Below, piece by piece: positions 1 to 11,030 of a stretch of DNA of 26,269 nucleotides (the stretch's first letter is position 1; the number at the start of each line of letters is the position of its first letter). This DNA comes from Coniocarpon cinnabarinum (lineage: Eukaryota). Made by a program: the position numbers and the translations under genes. The notes beneath the pieces were generated by a model. The model was not told where the DNA came from and made no database searches. It saw only the letters and a list, made by a program, of their open reading frames with translations. The stretch lies in assembly GCA_051942205.1 (NCBI GenBank), contig JAVECO010000092.1, forward strand, positions 62,001 through 88,269. Direction: 5' to 3'.

Positions 1-292
1 AAGCAAAGATTAGCGGTCCAGACAGAGCACAAGTCGCTCACTCCACCAATCACGACACCGTCACTGTCGAGTGCCTGTGACCTGTTCATGTATGCGCTGC
101 ATGTGTAGTATGCTATCGGCTGCATAAGTCTACTATTGGCGGCGATACGAGAGCTTTGGGGCCAAGTGATGTTTTTCGTCGTTGCATCGCGAGGCTGTGT
201 TGCAGCACGTAGGTGGGTTGTCTTTGGGCATAAGATACCAGTAGCCTTCATGCTTTCACGTTGAGGGCATTTGTTGGAATTGGAAGCGCGCG

Positions 293-1680
293 ATGTTGGA
301 CGCATGCGTCGCTTACCAGTACGGCACATGCCCAGATTCTATTGACCCTGACCCGGATGTCGCTGGCATTGGAGTATAGGCCTTAGTTGCTCGGCCACCA
401 GATCGGTGCTGACCAAAAACAGGTGGTCTCTGCTTTTGCTATTGCAGCATCATTGAGTGTGTCAATGGCAGTGCTTATGCTCCTCTCCGGAGAAGTCAGT
501 CATTACCGCAAAGACTATGTGAGTAAAGCGGTGGCCGATAACTTTAGGTGGGTGCTGTTTCTCTTCCGCAACAGCTGTCCACATGCGCTCCTCTCAACTC
601 TAAATCATGCGGCAGTAAATCCGTGGCAATCGGTCATGTCGCGACTGAACAACTTCCATCTACTACCCGCTCCACGTGAAAACATCTCTTGGGCCAGATA
701 CGGCAGACAAGTGAAATTTATCTGGAGCGATCAGATGCTAGTATCCTGCATCGCACTTCTGTCGATCGCGTTCGCCAAGCGACGAACGATGTCCTTGTAT
801 CACTTCAGTGTGCTGACGGACCTCGCTTGGTTAGCAGCCAACGCGCACCTGGTCACGATTCCTATTCTGCTTCCAACGCTACGCGAGAGCAACTTGCAGC
901 GCTGGTTTCGTGTTTTGGGAATGCTGGCAGCCTTTCTCTTACTCCTCGTGACGTCGGTTGAAAGCGCCAACTATTACTGGAACCCAGATAATTTTACTTG
1001 CGTCGCAGAATGTGTGTTCCTGAGCGAAGATCCCACATTCATCATCAAAGGCTCTGCTCTTGACTGGTGCGTTGTGAACATTCTATTGTTACTCTGGGAC
1101 TATATCACGATGTCGTGGTTGATACTATCACCCCAGCAGGGAAAAGTGAGAATCAAACTCGACAGCTTTTTCAACGCCTGGATCGCTTCCATTCACGGCC
1201 AAGGAAGTTACAGCTCGATAGGGGGCCACCAGTTGCAGAACTTGCAGCCAGCAGCTGCCTCGGGCGCTACACGTGGACAACCACCGGCGCCGAGCACAGC
1301 GCTGTCCCCGACGCGGATTAGGCGGTGTTACATTCACGCGGTCAGGATACTTCAGTCATTTATCCACTTCCTCGACTCGTACGCCTTTCAAACGCTAGGA
1401 GAAGTAGCATGGCTCGCGGTGGGACTGTATTGGCTCAAATATGACCGAAGCTTTGCCCCCGAGAAGGAGAACGAATGGGGCGTGGGGCAAGTCCTTCCAC
1501 TGATATTGCTCTTAGTGCCTGTATTGAGCATGTTGGAAATCCTTGATGGTCTGCTCCCCCGTTTTCGTTTCTCTTCTCTTCCTCTCCAGCCTTAGTTGCT
1601 TGTTGATGCAAACTTACTAACACGTCAATGCAGACATGACTCGAGACAATAAGAAAGAAGGATCTCATACTCCCATTTGA
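293..1680 (+). CDS. Uncharacterised fungal multi-pass membrane protein (~417 aa); exons 293-373, 423-1548, 1634-1680
   Basis: ATG at 293 reads MLDACVAYQYGTCPDSIDPDPDVAGIG, then intron 374-422 (GTATAG...GCTGAC...CAG) joins in frame to ORF 387..1595. The second intron 1549-1633 (GT...TACTAAC...GCAG) leads to TGA at 1678-1680. Several hydrophobic segments are present, along with the motifs DPDVAGIG, SDQ, 'SLYHF..LAWLA..AH' and 'ENEWGVGQVLPL', which recur in fungal hypothetical membrane proteins. Confidence 0.75.
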
Positions 1681-2356
1681 GAAGGTAGCTCTTCGGGGGG
1701 TTTCTTGAGAAAATAGCGACTTGTACTCTTAGTATTGTGTTATTCTGGCTCGGCGCACTACTCTTATAATTTGATACGGTGCTCTTCATTGATATCGACG
1801 GCGCACATTGACGATATCTGAGTCCTTGACAGAACTGTAAAATAATCGTATAGGACAACGCGCAGATCCGTGCACCAAATATCGGCCAGGTGCGCCTTCG
1901 ACGACGACGTTACAGTGATTTGTAGGATTTTTGTATAGCACACTCGAAGTCATAAACGTCAATACCACGCGTTCTGGTGTTCTTCCCTGATGCCATCTTC
2001 TTTCATGGTTTCATCGGTCTCTGAAAAGGTAAACTTACATTCTACTGCGCACTTTGCACTAACTCCTTTCTCCCTTCTGCGTGGGCCGTGTTGCTTTCGT
2101 GTTGGTGTGAAACGGTATGACCAAACTTCGTCGACGCTTGAGAAAAGCACTGGAATCATACAGAAAGTATCATACCTCATCTGCATCTCTGAGTCCGCGA
2201 GCCGCCTGCCACTTTTCGATCGTTCTATCCAACCGTGCGGGATATTCTACTTGATAGGCGATCAGTAGACGCAAGAGCATTTGCAAATTCCAATTCTCAA
2301 CGGTGAATCATTACTATCCTACAAAAACAACTCGTACACACCAAACCACCCCATCG

Positions 2357-5300
2357 TCAACTCTCGCCATCCCTCTCTTTCTTCTGCCTCTCCGATTCCT
2401 TAATCTCACCCACCGCTCTCCGCCCCTCCTCTAATAACTTCCCCGCCTCGCTCTCCCTCCCCAAGTCTGCGGCCCACGGCTCCACGACGAGCCAAAAATC
2501 AGGACTATCCACAATCTCATACCGTAACGCCACCGGACCGGTGAGACACAAATGCAATCCCGCGACCACCATTTCGCGGCACGCATTCAACTGATGATCT
2601 GGGAACTTGGCGATGGTATGGAGGACGACGAGGGCGCGGACGTGGTCGGACTCCGCTTCCGCGGAGGAACGTAGGAAGAGAAGGAGGTAGAAAACTGTGC
2701 GCGTGAGGGTGACGGGATGCATGTGGATGAAATCAGCGACTGTGGATTGCAGCGCTGCGGCGACTGGATGGCCGACGGCAGCCATGGAGGTAGCGTCGCG
2801 GGTCGCCAGGAGAGTCGCGAGTTCCAGGACAAAGACAAGAGCGGGATCATATGCCACACCGAGTTTGCTATGCGGAGGGTGGTTCTTACCGGACGGCGTG
2901 CCATTCGGTCGTATGGGCGTCGGCGCAGGGATATCCGGCTTCACGGTGAGGATCTTGGGTGAATTGTCTTCGGGGAGGTAGTCAAGAAGGGTGTCGACGA
3001 GGGCTTTGAGGGCGGGAGTCGGAAGGTTGCGGAGGTTGCGGAAGAGCTGGTCGAAGCCGCAGGCGTTGACGCAGTCGACGGTGCAGAGGGTGTATTCGAT
3101 CTCCTGGTCGGAGGGTTCGGGGGGTTCGTCGTTGGCGAAACCGGCGACGTAATTGGTGAATGCTGTGAAGATGCCGCCTTCGCCGGATTTGGCTTGGCGG
3201 TCGATGACTTGGGCGGGAGATTGGAGGGGTATGTCGCTGAGCGGTAATGAGGAGGAGGGTGCAATGGTTGAGTAAGCGCTGGAAATGAGGGAGTTGATGA
3301 AGAGAGTGAGGATGATGGGGACAAGCTGTGATTGGGTATTGTCAATTGTGAAGAATACAATGGAAGATGGGAAACAAACTCACGTTACTCCAGCCGTCGC
3401 GTAGTGCATACTCGTTGCCGACCACGAGCTTGAAGAGGACTACCGTTGCCAACTGTACTTTAAAGTCACGCCCGAAGCGGACTGCCGTCTCACTAACCAT
3501 GACACTTTTCTCACCCGCAGCAACCTCAGTATTTAGTGATGTGCTCGGTAACGTCGAGGTCGATAGAGATGTAACCGAGCTCAGGCAGAACACGATGTGA
3601 TCTAGAGCATCGTGAAGCTCATACGTTGCCGCAATCTGGGCGCACTGCCCGAACCCAGCTACGACTCTTGATAGAACCGTATCGTCTGAGGCTGAGAGGA
3701 ACACGTAGGTCAAAGTCGCCACCACAGGTTTCCAAGTGGCGGCAAACATATCAGCGTCGAAGATGTTCGTGTCGCACAGTTTTAAGTCACTGGTCGATTG
3801 TATTTTGAAGAGAAGCTCTTTCCAGGCATGGTCGTATGAGTTTTTGTTGTCGTGCTCCTCCGGTAAGATGATTTCACGTGTTCGTATCGATTCATATATG
3901 TCATTTAAGAAATCTTGATCGAAATCCTGCCCATTATTACAGCCTCTGAGATTTCTCGCAAAGTCTTCAAATTTCATTTGGCGCTTGACGTTGGGGTTGT
4001 GTTGATCGGTGTTAAGCATTGTGATTGCGTATGTGAGCACATATACATCGTCTTTTCCTGCAATCTCTTTAGGCTGCGCTGCTTCGAAATACTTTTCTGC
4101 AAATTCTGTGAGAATGCGACTTATTAGCGGTGCCTCACCAGGCAATCTAAATGAATTGAGCAGGCGTCTCAAGGCTTCATCGACTCTAAGCGCTGCAAAG
4201 TCGAAGAGGTCTAAGAAAGCGCTAAGAAGAGCCTCGTTTGATCCTTTCGATAGATAGTCGCCCAGAACCTTCTTGTCTATGCGACTCGTACCCTTCAAAA
4301 ATTTGACGATGGAAGCAGGGTCGTCTGGACTGCTAATGAGCTTTTGTTGAGCAAGAAAGACAATGCCAGACTTGGGGTTCTCATTGAATCGGGTTGCTCC
4401 TTTGATTATTAGCTTTTTCAGATCTCTTCGACGCCTCAGCTCGCTGAGCTCAGATTGATGATCTTCGTCTGGATAATCTTCGAGTCGATCCGCAATCGAT
4501 TGGACATATCCAAGTAAGGCATCCAAGCAAAGTGGGGGAACGTTTGTCGTGCTCCAAGTCGCAGCATCTGGGAATGCATTTCTTGCAAGCAATCCCACCA
4601 TGTCTACACACAGATCGCTTCGGTCGATCTCGCAGTCGTAATTGGAGAATAGCTCTGCCATAAACGTCGGGATCCGCACCAATGCGCCCACGTTCTCAAC
4701 CATAGCCTCCCGGGCGTCTGGTTTTCGAGTCCCACCTTCAAGACCGAGTCGTGCACGATCTTTGACAGGAACAGGAGTCGCGCGACCATCTCTTGAAGCG
4801 CCAGGCGCTGGCTTTGCAAGCCTTGGAGCTTGTGGGACCCCCTCATACAACTTTGGATCAATGCCCTCTTCTCTAGGTATTTCAACTCTAGGATGGAGGC
4901 ATGCAACCAAATATGAAAGATAAAGCTCCTGCTGTAACTTAAGCACCCTTCGGCATGTGGACAGAAGCGTACCCGCAACACGTAGTGACTCGTTGAGTAT
5001 GGACATGTTCTCGGACCGCACCAGCTGGAACAGATGCCGACAAAGAGTATCCTTGGCCAAGTTTGCCAGGCTGGGATGACTTGCAATAGAAGGGCCTGCA
5101 ACCTCAAGCGCAACATCCACGATCCGCAAAGCCATCACCCGCATCGTGTCGTTGTGTTGTTTCTCATGAGGATCGAGCAGGTTCACAAGAACGCGGAACA
5201 GCTCTCGAATGGAGGCAAGCCCGTAAGGCCTGATCAGTGTGGCCTTTTCGAGCTCACTTTCTGCCCGGTCAAGGTGACTTGATCCTCGTTCAACGCTTGT

Positions 5301-6341
5301 CTCTGCAGGCTTTTCCCCGTTTTCCTTAGGCAAATCAAGGCTGTTGTTTACTGCTGTCAGGCTTGATGCCTGTTTGTTTTCTTCAATCATATCACCCGAT
5401 ATTGACGGCTCCATCTTGACGTCGCTCTCTACAGCGTCAGACCTTGACGACTTCCGCGCCAGCTGTGCTTCCTCTTCTTCGACTTCCAATGGCAAAGTTT
5501 TTAATCTCTCAAAGATTGTTTGACACATAGTCACCATGGAGACTTCGGCGGATCTTCTCAGAAGCTCGGATAAACGAACTTGTGAACACATGCTGATCCC
5601 AGTCTCCATCATTTCACACATGCTCTCATCACCAATGACATCGCCTCCAGGTCCGTTAATCATGCCTTCCATCAGCTTCAGGATACGGAACAACACAATT
5701 TCGTCAGTCGCTGAGTCGCTGGCTTCGAAGCGGCAGTGTGTCACTGCGGATGACAATCTTTGCATTGCTAGAGGAAGCTTTGGAGAGTCCCTTCTGATGA
5801 TGTTGTATGCGAAGAATTTAGTGATGGCGATCAAGGCGAGGGAAGTGATGGGAGCGGAGGTCGACGACGAGCGAATAACCTGGAGAAAAGGATGCAATAT
5901 GGATGGTGCATCAACTGCGTGGACATCTGAGGGTCCTGTTAGTTATTTTGGCTTCTTGAGATCGAGTTCTCAAAGCGTACCTGGACACCTTTTGAGGTCA
6001 CTGCGGAGGCGTGCGAACGCTGATAGCAACGGATTGTCTTGCATGCTTTGTCCCTTCTTCCCGCGCAATCCCCATCTGCTTGCTAGGCTCACGTCATCGG
6101 TGACGCTCAACATACTGGTTTCCTTGGTGCCATTCTTCTGGTTCTGTTGCCTTGTCTCAGCTCGTGTTGAAGCACCACCTCCTAAAATCGCGGAAACGGA
6201 TGAATGAGCCCAACGAGCGTGCTTGCGCATGGCTGAGGTAACCGTGATGCATTCTGTCACGACCAGGGCGACTGGATCCACGGCGACGTTAATTGCGCCT
6301 GGTCGTGCAGCGCCTGGCGCGCTGGATGCGTTATAGGCCAT
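2357..6341 (-). CDS. GEA2: GBF1/Gea-family Sec7-domain ARF guanine-nucleotide exchange factor (~1290 aa); exons 6341-5981, 5926-3384, 3325-2357
   Basis: DCB region 'ECITVTSAMRKHARW' and 'HCRFEASD'; HUS box 'NYDCE'; Sec7 catalytic 'FRLPGEA' and 'YAITMLNTDQHN'; Gea-type 'GIFTAFTNYV...DEPPEPSDQEIEYTLCTVDC' and 'YDPALVFVLELAT'. Introns 5927-5980 and 3326-3383 have GT/branch/CAG signals and keep the frame. Confidence 0.93.
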
Positions 6342-6951
6342 GCTCGAGAACTTTGGCGCTCCCTTATAATGTTGTTGCTCGAACGACGGGACTCGTTTCA
6401 AATCTTCAACATCTTCGAGGATTCGAAGTATTCGACACCCACTTGGCAATCTTCTCTAGATGACTTGGGGTTCTTTCAGAGCTTGCGCTTTGGCACCAGG
6501 TGGAAGTGATCCTGAAATTGCGGAGCTATGGAAACGATGGAGTCATCGGAGCAGCATGGCTCTTTCGGATGGTCCTTTGCAATGTGTAGAAGGCTTTTGA
6601 ACGCTTTGGTACGGGTAATGTTAAAGGAGGGTGGTGTACCGCAGAAGCTCGAACGGAAAAGTTCCGAACACTCAATGGCAGAACACTGAGAAAACTTTCG
6701 GATGAGCATGGCAACTAAGGTTGAGGAAAACGCTGAGCGCATTGGTCTTTGAAGCATCGCTAGCAGGCCTGACAGTTGAACACCTGGTACAATCTTGATA
6801 CAAAGCTTGTCAGTTGTTCCTGGTATCATTGTGTCACAGAGATAGTATACAGATTTCCGTGATGCCAATACTCTGGGCATGTATCCAACAACCTGCGCCA
6901 TGCGATGCGAATGAATGCTATCAAAATGTGCACTGGCGGTAGCAAGCGGCT

Positions 6952-8549
6952 CTACGACTCTGCTCGATTGTCGCTGCCGCCGCCTTGGTTCGCCAACGGG
7001 TTCTCCTGCCGGGCAACTCCGTCTTCACCATACATAAATTCCGCCGCCTTGCCTTTCTGCTCACTTGCCTCGACCTCCTTTTCCTTCTGCTCCGCTGACT
7101 CTTTGTAGCGCTCAATCTCCTCCTTGTCTTTTTGCCAATCCTGACCCTCATTTGAGAACTCCTCCTTCATTCGATCTTCCCGTGCCTTGGCTTCTTTCTC
7201 AGCGTTTTCACGCTGTACCCGTTCTGCTTCCATTTCCTCCATATGTCGAATGTCGTCCACGCTGGGCTCGTATAGATGCCAGATAGTATAATGTGGCAAA
7301 CCGACAACCGAAAAGGACAATCGCTTAGCCATCTTTCCAAATCCCTCTGTCTCCGCATGCTTCTCGAAGCTGAAAGCTGGAAAGTGGACGCCCGAGCGGA
7401 AGACTTTTGCTTTGGCAAGAATGCTGACGCCTCCCACTCCGTCGATCTCCATCTCCATGTCAGGGTCGCCAAAAGGGTCTCGCAAGTAAGCCAAATGAGG
7501 TCGCCAAGTTGCATATTCCGCATATCCCTCGACAATTACCGCGTCCTCGTCGAGAGTGTCTGCAAGAGCCAAAGCAGTCTCAGACTCTTGCCATGAGTTC
7601 AAGTCGTATGGCTGCTCACCACCAAGCCAATCTGGCAACGGGCGCCACACATCTGCAGTCGACGTTAACATAAGCTCAATGTACATTGCTTTGTATATGC
7701 TCACTTGGAACTATGACGTCTTTGTCATGTCTCATAAGGTCCTCAAGGATCGTGAATGGAGCTGTCTCAACGTCCACGTCACGCCAATACACCCAGCTGT
7801 GCACGGGACGAAGTGCTGCGCTCAGAAGCCAATTGCGGGCTTGCGCCATCGACTTGCGCCGACTAGCCTGAGCAGCGAAACCGTGTCTACTTTCCACATC
7901 CTGATTGACAGTCTGCCCAAAGTCTTTTTCAATGACGGAAATTTCGCCAAATTGCTTTTTAGGGTCTTCATGCTCTTGCAACTCAGCTAGCAAGTCCGAT
8001 AATAGCTCGAGTGTGTTGTCTTTCGAATCGCCGACAAGAAACGCTAGGTCGACGAGATTGTGTGGATATGTCAGATTTTGTAAATGAGAGAAGAACATTG
8101 GTAGATGTGAAGCGGCATCTCGGAGTGGTGCGCAAAGCAACACACGCTCGCCGCGTTCCCATCCTCTGCTCGAGCCTTGAACGTTCGTGAGGTCATAATA
8201 TCGTAAAGTTTCTATCTGATAATCGTCGTGATCGGGGAATATGACGCTTCCAATGCCAGTAAGAAAGCCAGGTCTTGAGGACGGAAATAGAAAGAAGACC
8301 AATGAAAGCAACCCAGTCAGCGCAAGGCCGACTCGGGCAAGTAGTTGTCTTCGGCGTCTCAGAGATTGTGTTCGAGGACGAAAGCTAGTTTCAAATGTCA
8401 GTAAAGGCGTCTGGTAGGTTGCTCATACGTTCCCGGTATTGCGAAGTACATTGCGACGGAACACACCTGTGGCTGTCACTGTCAGTGCCCGGACTGATAG
8501 GCGACTGAGGATAGCCATTGAGAAGACCAGCACCGCGCCGGTTCATCAT
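6952..8549 (-). CDS. ANP1: Golgi alpha-1,6-mannosyltransferase complex subunit, Anp1/Van1/Mnn9 (GT62) family, Anp1-like (~487 aa); exons 8549-8467, 8384-7705, 7652-6952; alternative in-frame ATG at 8585
   Basis: N-terminal TM anchor after RRRR. Motifs 'PLRDAASHLPMFFSHL..LTYPHNL', 'SWVYWRDVDVE', 'PNVWRPLPDWLG..QPYDLNSW' and 'GLPHYTIWHLYEPS' closely resemble yeast Anp1 as recalled. Introns 8385-8466 and 7653-7704 restore the frame (PN|VW junction). Confidence 0.92.
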
Positions 8550-9089
8550 TCTGCTAGGCGTTCGAGTCTCATGAGTGGGCAGCATGGAACTATCATGTAC
8601 AGAAACGTGAAGTTTCTCTTGCGGGCGCTCGTATCACTTCAGCTGCAACAAGCGATCGGAGTGGACCATCCCAACAGAATCAGACGCCTCACGCGACATT
8701 GGCGACGTTTGATAAAGAACTCCGCTTGAAGCGCGCGCGCAGTACCTGCAAGGGACATCATATTTTGTATTTGGGCTCCTGGAATCTGCGACTGATTCGT
8801 CCTCTCAACTTCCGGAGGACCGTGCTTTTGCCAAGATACTCGTCAGGAACAAGGGTGCAATGACTCGTATAAAACTTGTCAATTAAGTCTTTTCTTTCGG
8901 AGACCTATATACATCGATAGAATACAAATACAGTATATTGAACAGAACGTACGATCATAAATATTCCACTAGATTACTTTTAGCGCAGGACCGGTAGTAG
9001 CTGACCCCTGCGAGCGATAATTGGAGCACTGCGATGCTGTCAGTTTCTTATTGCAATTGTCTCCCATGCAGATGGTGAACGCCAAACGG

Positions 9090-9301
9090 TGATTCAGAAA
9101 AGCCGAAGTAATCATGCTGGAATTGCGGCTGCATAGAGTCACCATCAAAATGATCGTTTCCTCTAAGCAAGCTCTCGAATCGACATTCCGCGGGCAAACC
9201 ACAACTCCACAACCATCTTTCTGAATGAACAGTCCGGTATGGGAGGACAATCCGGCAATCACAGCTCGTAGAATGGATTGACTTGTTTTGCATCATTCAA
9301 A
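9090..9301 (-). ncRNA. Candidate large intronic box C/D-like RNA (~210 nt), target not identified
   Basis: Lies in the 306-nt third intron. Box C-like ATGATGC (9296-9290), C'-like ATGATTA, box D CTGA (9097-9094) and TGA/TCA terminal pairing. An internal 12-bp stem forms from GGAGTTGTGGTT and AGCCGCAATTCC. Confidence 0.6.
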
Positions 9302-9410
9302 GACCAGGTTGCTGGTGTTTTGGGGCCGGCTTACCTAAAACCGAAGCCTGCCTGCAACGTTAGTAAAGACCGGTATGAATGCACTCTCTGTGAATGATGA
9401 GGAGTTGAAA

Positions 9411-9498
9411 TTGATTCAGATAAGTATTTGGTAATATGGTGTTTGTTATCCTCAATCTTGCTCAGTAGCAGAACTGGAAAGAACACAATCATCACAAG
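9411..9498 (-). ncRNA. snR61: Box C/D snoRNA, snR61-like (guide for 25S Am1133, yeast numbering)
   Basis: Box C GTGATGA (9495-9489), D' CTGA (9465-9462), C' TGAGGA, D CTGA (9419-9416) and a short TTG/CAA terminal stem. The D' guide CCAGTTCTGCT is the exact complement of 25S AGCAGAACUGG, and D'+5 selects the A equivalent to Am1133. Confidence 0.88.
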
Positions 9499-9631
9499 GA
9501 CGTGTACAGTGGGGAGGGAGTAGTAGCAGACATGTGCTTACCTCAACTAACTACTTCCATCGCTCTCGAAGGCTGCCCAACAGTCAGAACACGAGTCAAT
9601 GAGTGGTCTGCTTATACTGAATTGCTGACGA

Positions 9632-9710
9632 CATATTCAGATGGTGATGCATGTTGTTCTATGGCCCATGAATTTTCGCCAGAACGTGTGTGATAGGTTC
9701 CTCATGAAAT
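9632..9710 (-). ncRNA. snR55: Box C/D snoRNA, snR55-like (guide for 18S Um1269, yeast numbering)
   Basis: Box C ATGAGGA (9705-9699) and box D CTGA (9640-9637). The guide CATGCATCACCAT directly before D pairs with 18S GUGGUGGUGCAUG using G-U pairs, and the D+5 rule selects the U equivalent to Um1269. Confidence 0.82.
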
Positions 9711-10032
9711 AATGTTGGGGGAGTTGAGGTAAACTGACTATTGAGAAGCTTCCATCAACGACACCTGCATTCGTGATCATATCTCAAGCTTGACTGGGCG
9801 GAGATGCTCACGTCAAATACAAATGTCAGATCTAGGTCAATTAATTATAGCAAAGAACGCGCTCTGAGGGGAGATGAAATACAAGATTGAGACTCGTTAG
9901 CGCATACGATTCCAGAAAGGCTTTCCAAATGAGGCAACTCCGCTATTTGATTCCAACATGCCAGGAGTCAAGCAAGCTATTGTCTCCACCATCTTTCGTA
10001 TTGGATTTGCATCCAGTCGCTAGACGTGCTGC

Positions 10033-11030
10033 ATGTCGGACCGCAGAAGAATTAATGGCCCGCCCGTAGCAACCTCACAACCTGTCTTTCATTATATCAA
10101 AGAGCACTCGAACGGGGGTGAACAGCCTCTTCCGACCCGTGATCTCAATGAACCCAGAAAACTTTGTAAGCTTGACTGCAAGTGAACGCCAAAACACCAG
10201 GATAACATAATCGTGGGGAAGTTCTTCGCACTGGCTTGACACCATCAGCATCTGGCTCCGCATACTTAGAATTTGAGAGATTACCGGCCAGAACCCCAGT
10301 CACCCTCAGCAACCGACCGTCGTCGCTGAAGTTGTCCTGTACCGTACATGGACCCAAGCCGCTGCCACGCAATGCGTCATTCTCCCCGCAGCTGCTTTTA
10401 AGTGCTCACGTCAAATGTGCCCCTTTTGCGTTGACCAGCCGGCGAGGCTTCCTCCGAGACGGAAGTGAGTTGGATCTGAGCTCGCATCTTGAAACTGCGC
10501 TCAAGGCTGTCATCCTTGGCGATAGATGGCCAAAGAGCAGCGTAGAGGTAGTTGTCACGGTCCTTGAGGGGGAGACTGATGAGCGCCATGGGATTGGAGG
10601 TGCATCCCAAAGCACTAATGCATGGGGAGACATGCGAGTTCTCGCTGGCTGTATCACCGCTGCCAACGCAGCGCTCGTACAGGCAGGCGTCGATTGTATC
10701 GATCTCGTGTCTGGAGGAACTGCAGCTATCATCCCAAGCATCAACAACACTGGTTTCGAGATCGCGCAATATCCCAGACCAAGCGGCAATAGCGCCCCTG
10801 TTGCGCTCTGCTGTGTGGGTCACTTGTCATCACGGGACGAGATTGTCGAGCTTTGGCAGAAAGGAGTTGTCCCTGGTGACCTCGAGGAATCGTTGCTTGA
10901 CGGAGCTGTGGCGGCTGCACAGACATCACATGCTGTCCTTGCCGAAGTCTTGCGCGAGAGCACTCTCAGCCAGGCAGTAGAGCCGAAAAAAGCCATGCAC
11001 GCAAAAGCAGCTCATTCTGGTAGTGGCTGA
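10033..11030 (+). CDS. MTR3: Exosome core RNase PH-domain subunit, Mtr3-like (~313 aa); exons 10033-10165, 10222-11030
   Basis: ATG at 10033 gives MSDRRRINGP. Intron 10166-10221 (GTAAGC...AAG) joins 'RKLF|LRTGLTPSASGSAYLE'. RNase PH-fold motifs 'CTVHGPKP', 'RWPKSSVEVVVTVLE' and 'AGCITAANAALVQAGVDC' are present. Confidence 0.88.

Larger units (their letters stand above)
9029..9764 (-). ncRNA. Spliced non-coding snoRNA host transcript (at least 3 introns; micro-exons 9572-9542 and 9351-9335)
   Basis: Minus-strand introns: 9541-9352 (GTAAGC...TACTAAC...GCAG), 9334-9029 (GTAAGC...ACTGAC...GCAG), and an upstream intron ending at 9573 (TCTGAC...GGCAG; donor GTCAGT at 9738 or GTGTCG at 9764). The exons are 31 and 17 nt with no recognisable protein, and each intron holds a C/D-box element. 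The 5' and 3' ends are undefined. Confidence 0.82.

Noticed and set aside
519..574. Possible additional intron (GTGAGT...CAG) in the first gene
   Set aside because: Removing 56 nt would shift the frame of an ORF that is already open through this segment, and there is no clear branch site.
8969..9296. Short minus-strand ORFs (97 and 82 aa)
   Set aside because: They lie mostly within the third intron of the snoRNA host and are better explained by the non-coding RNA.
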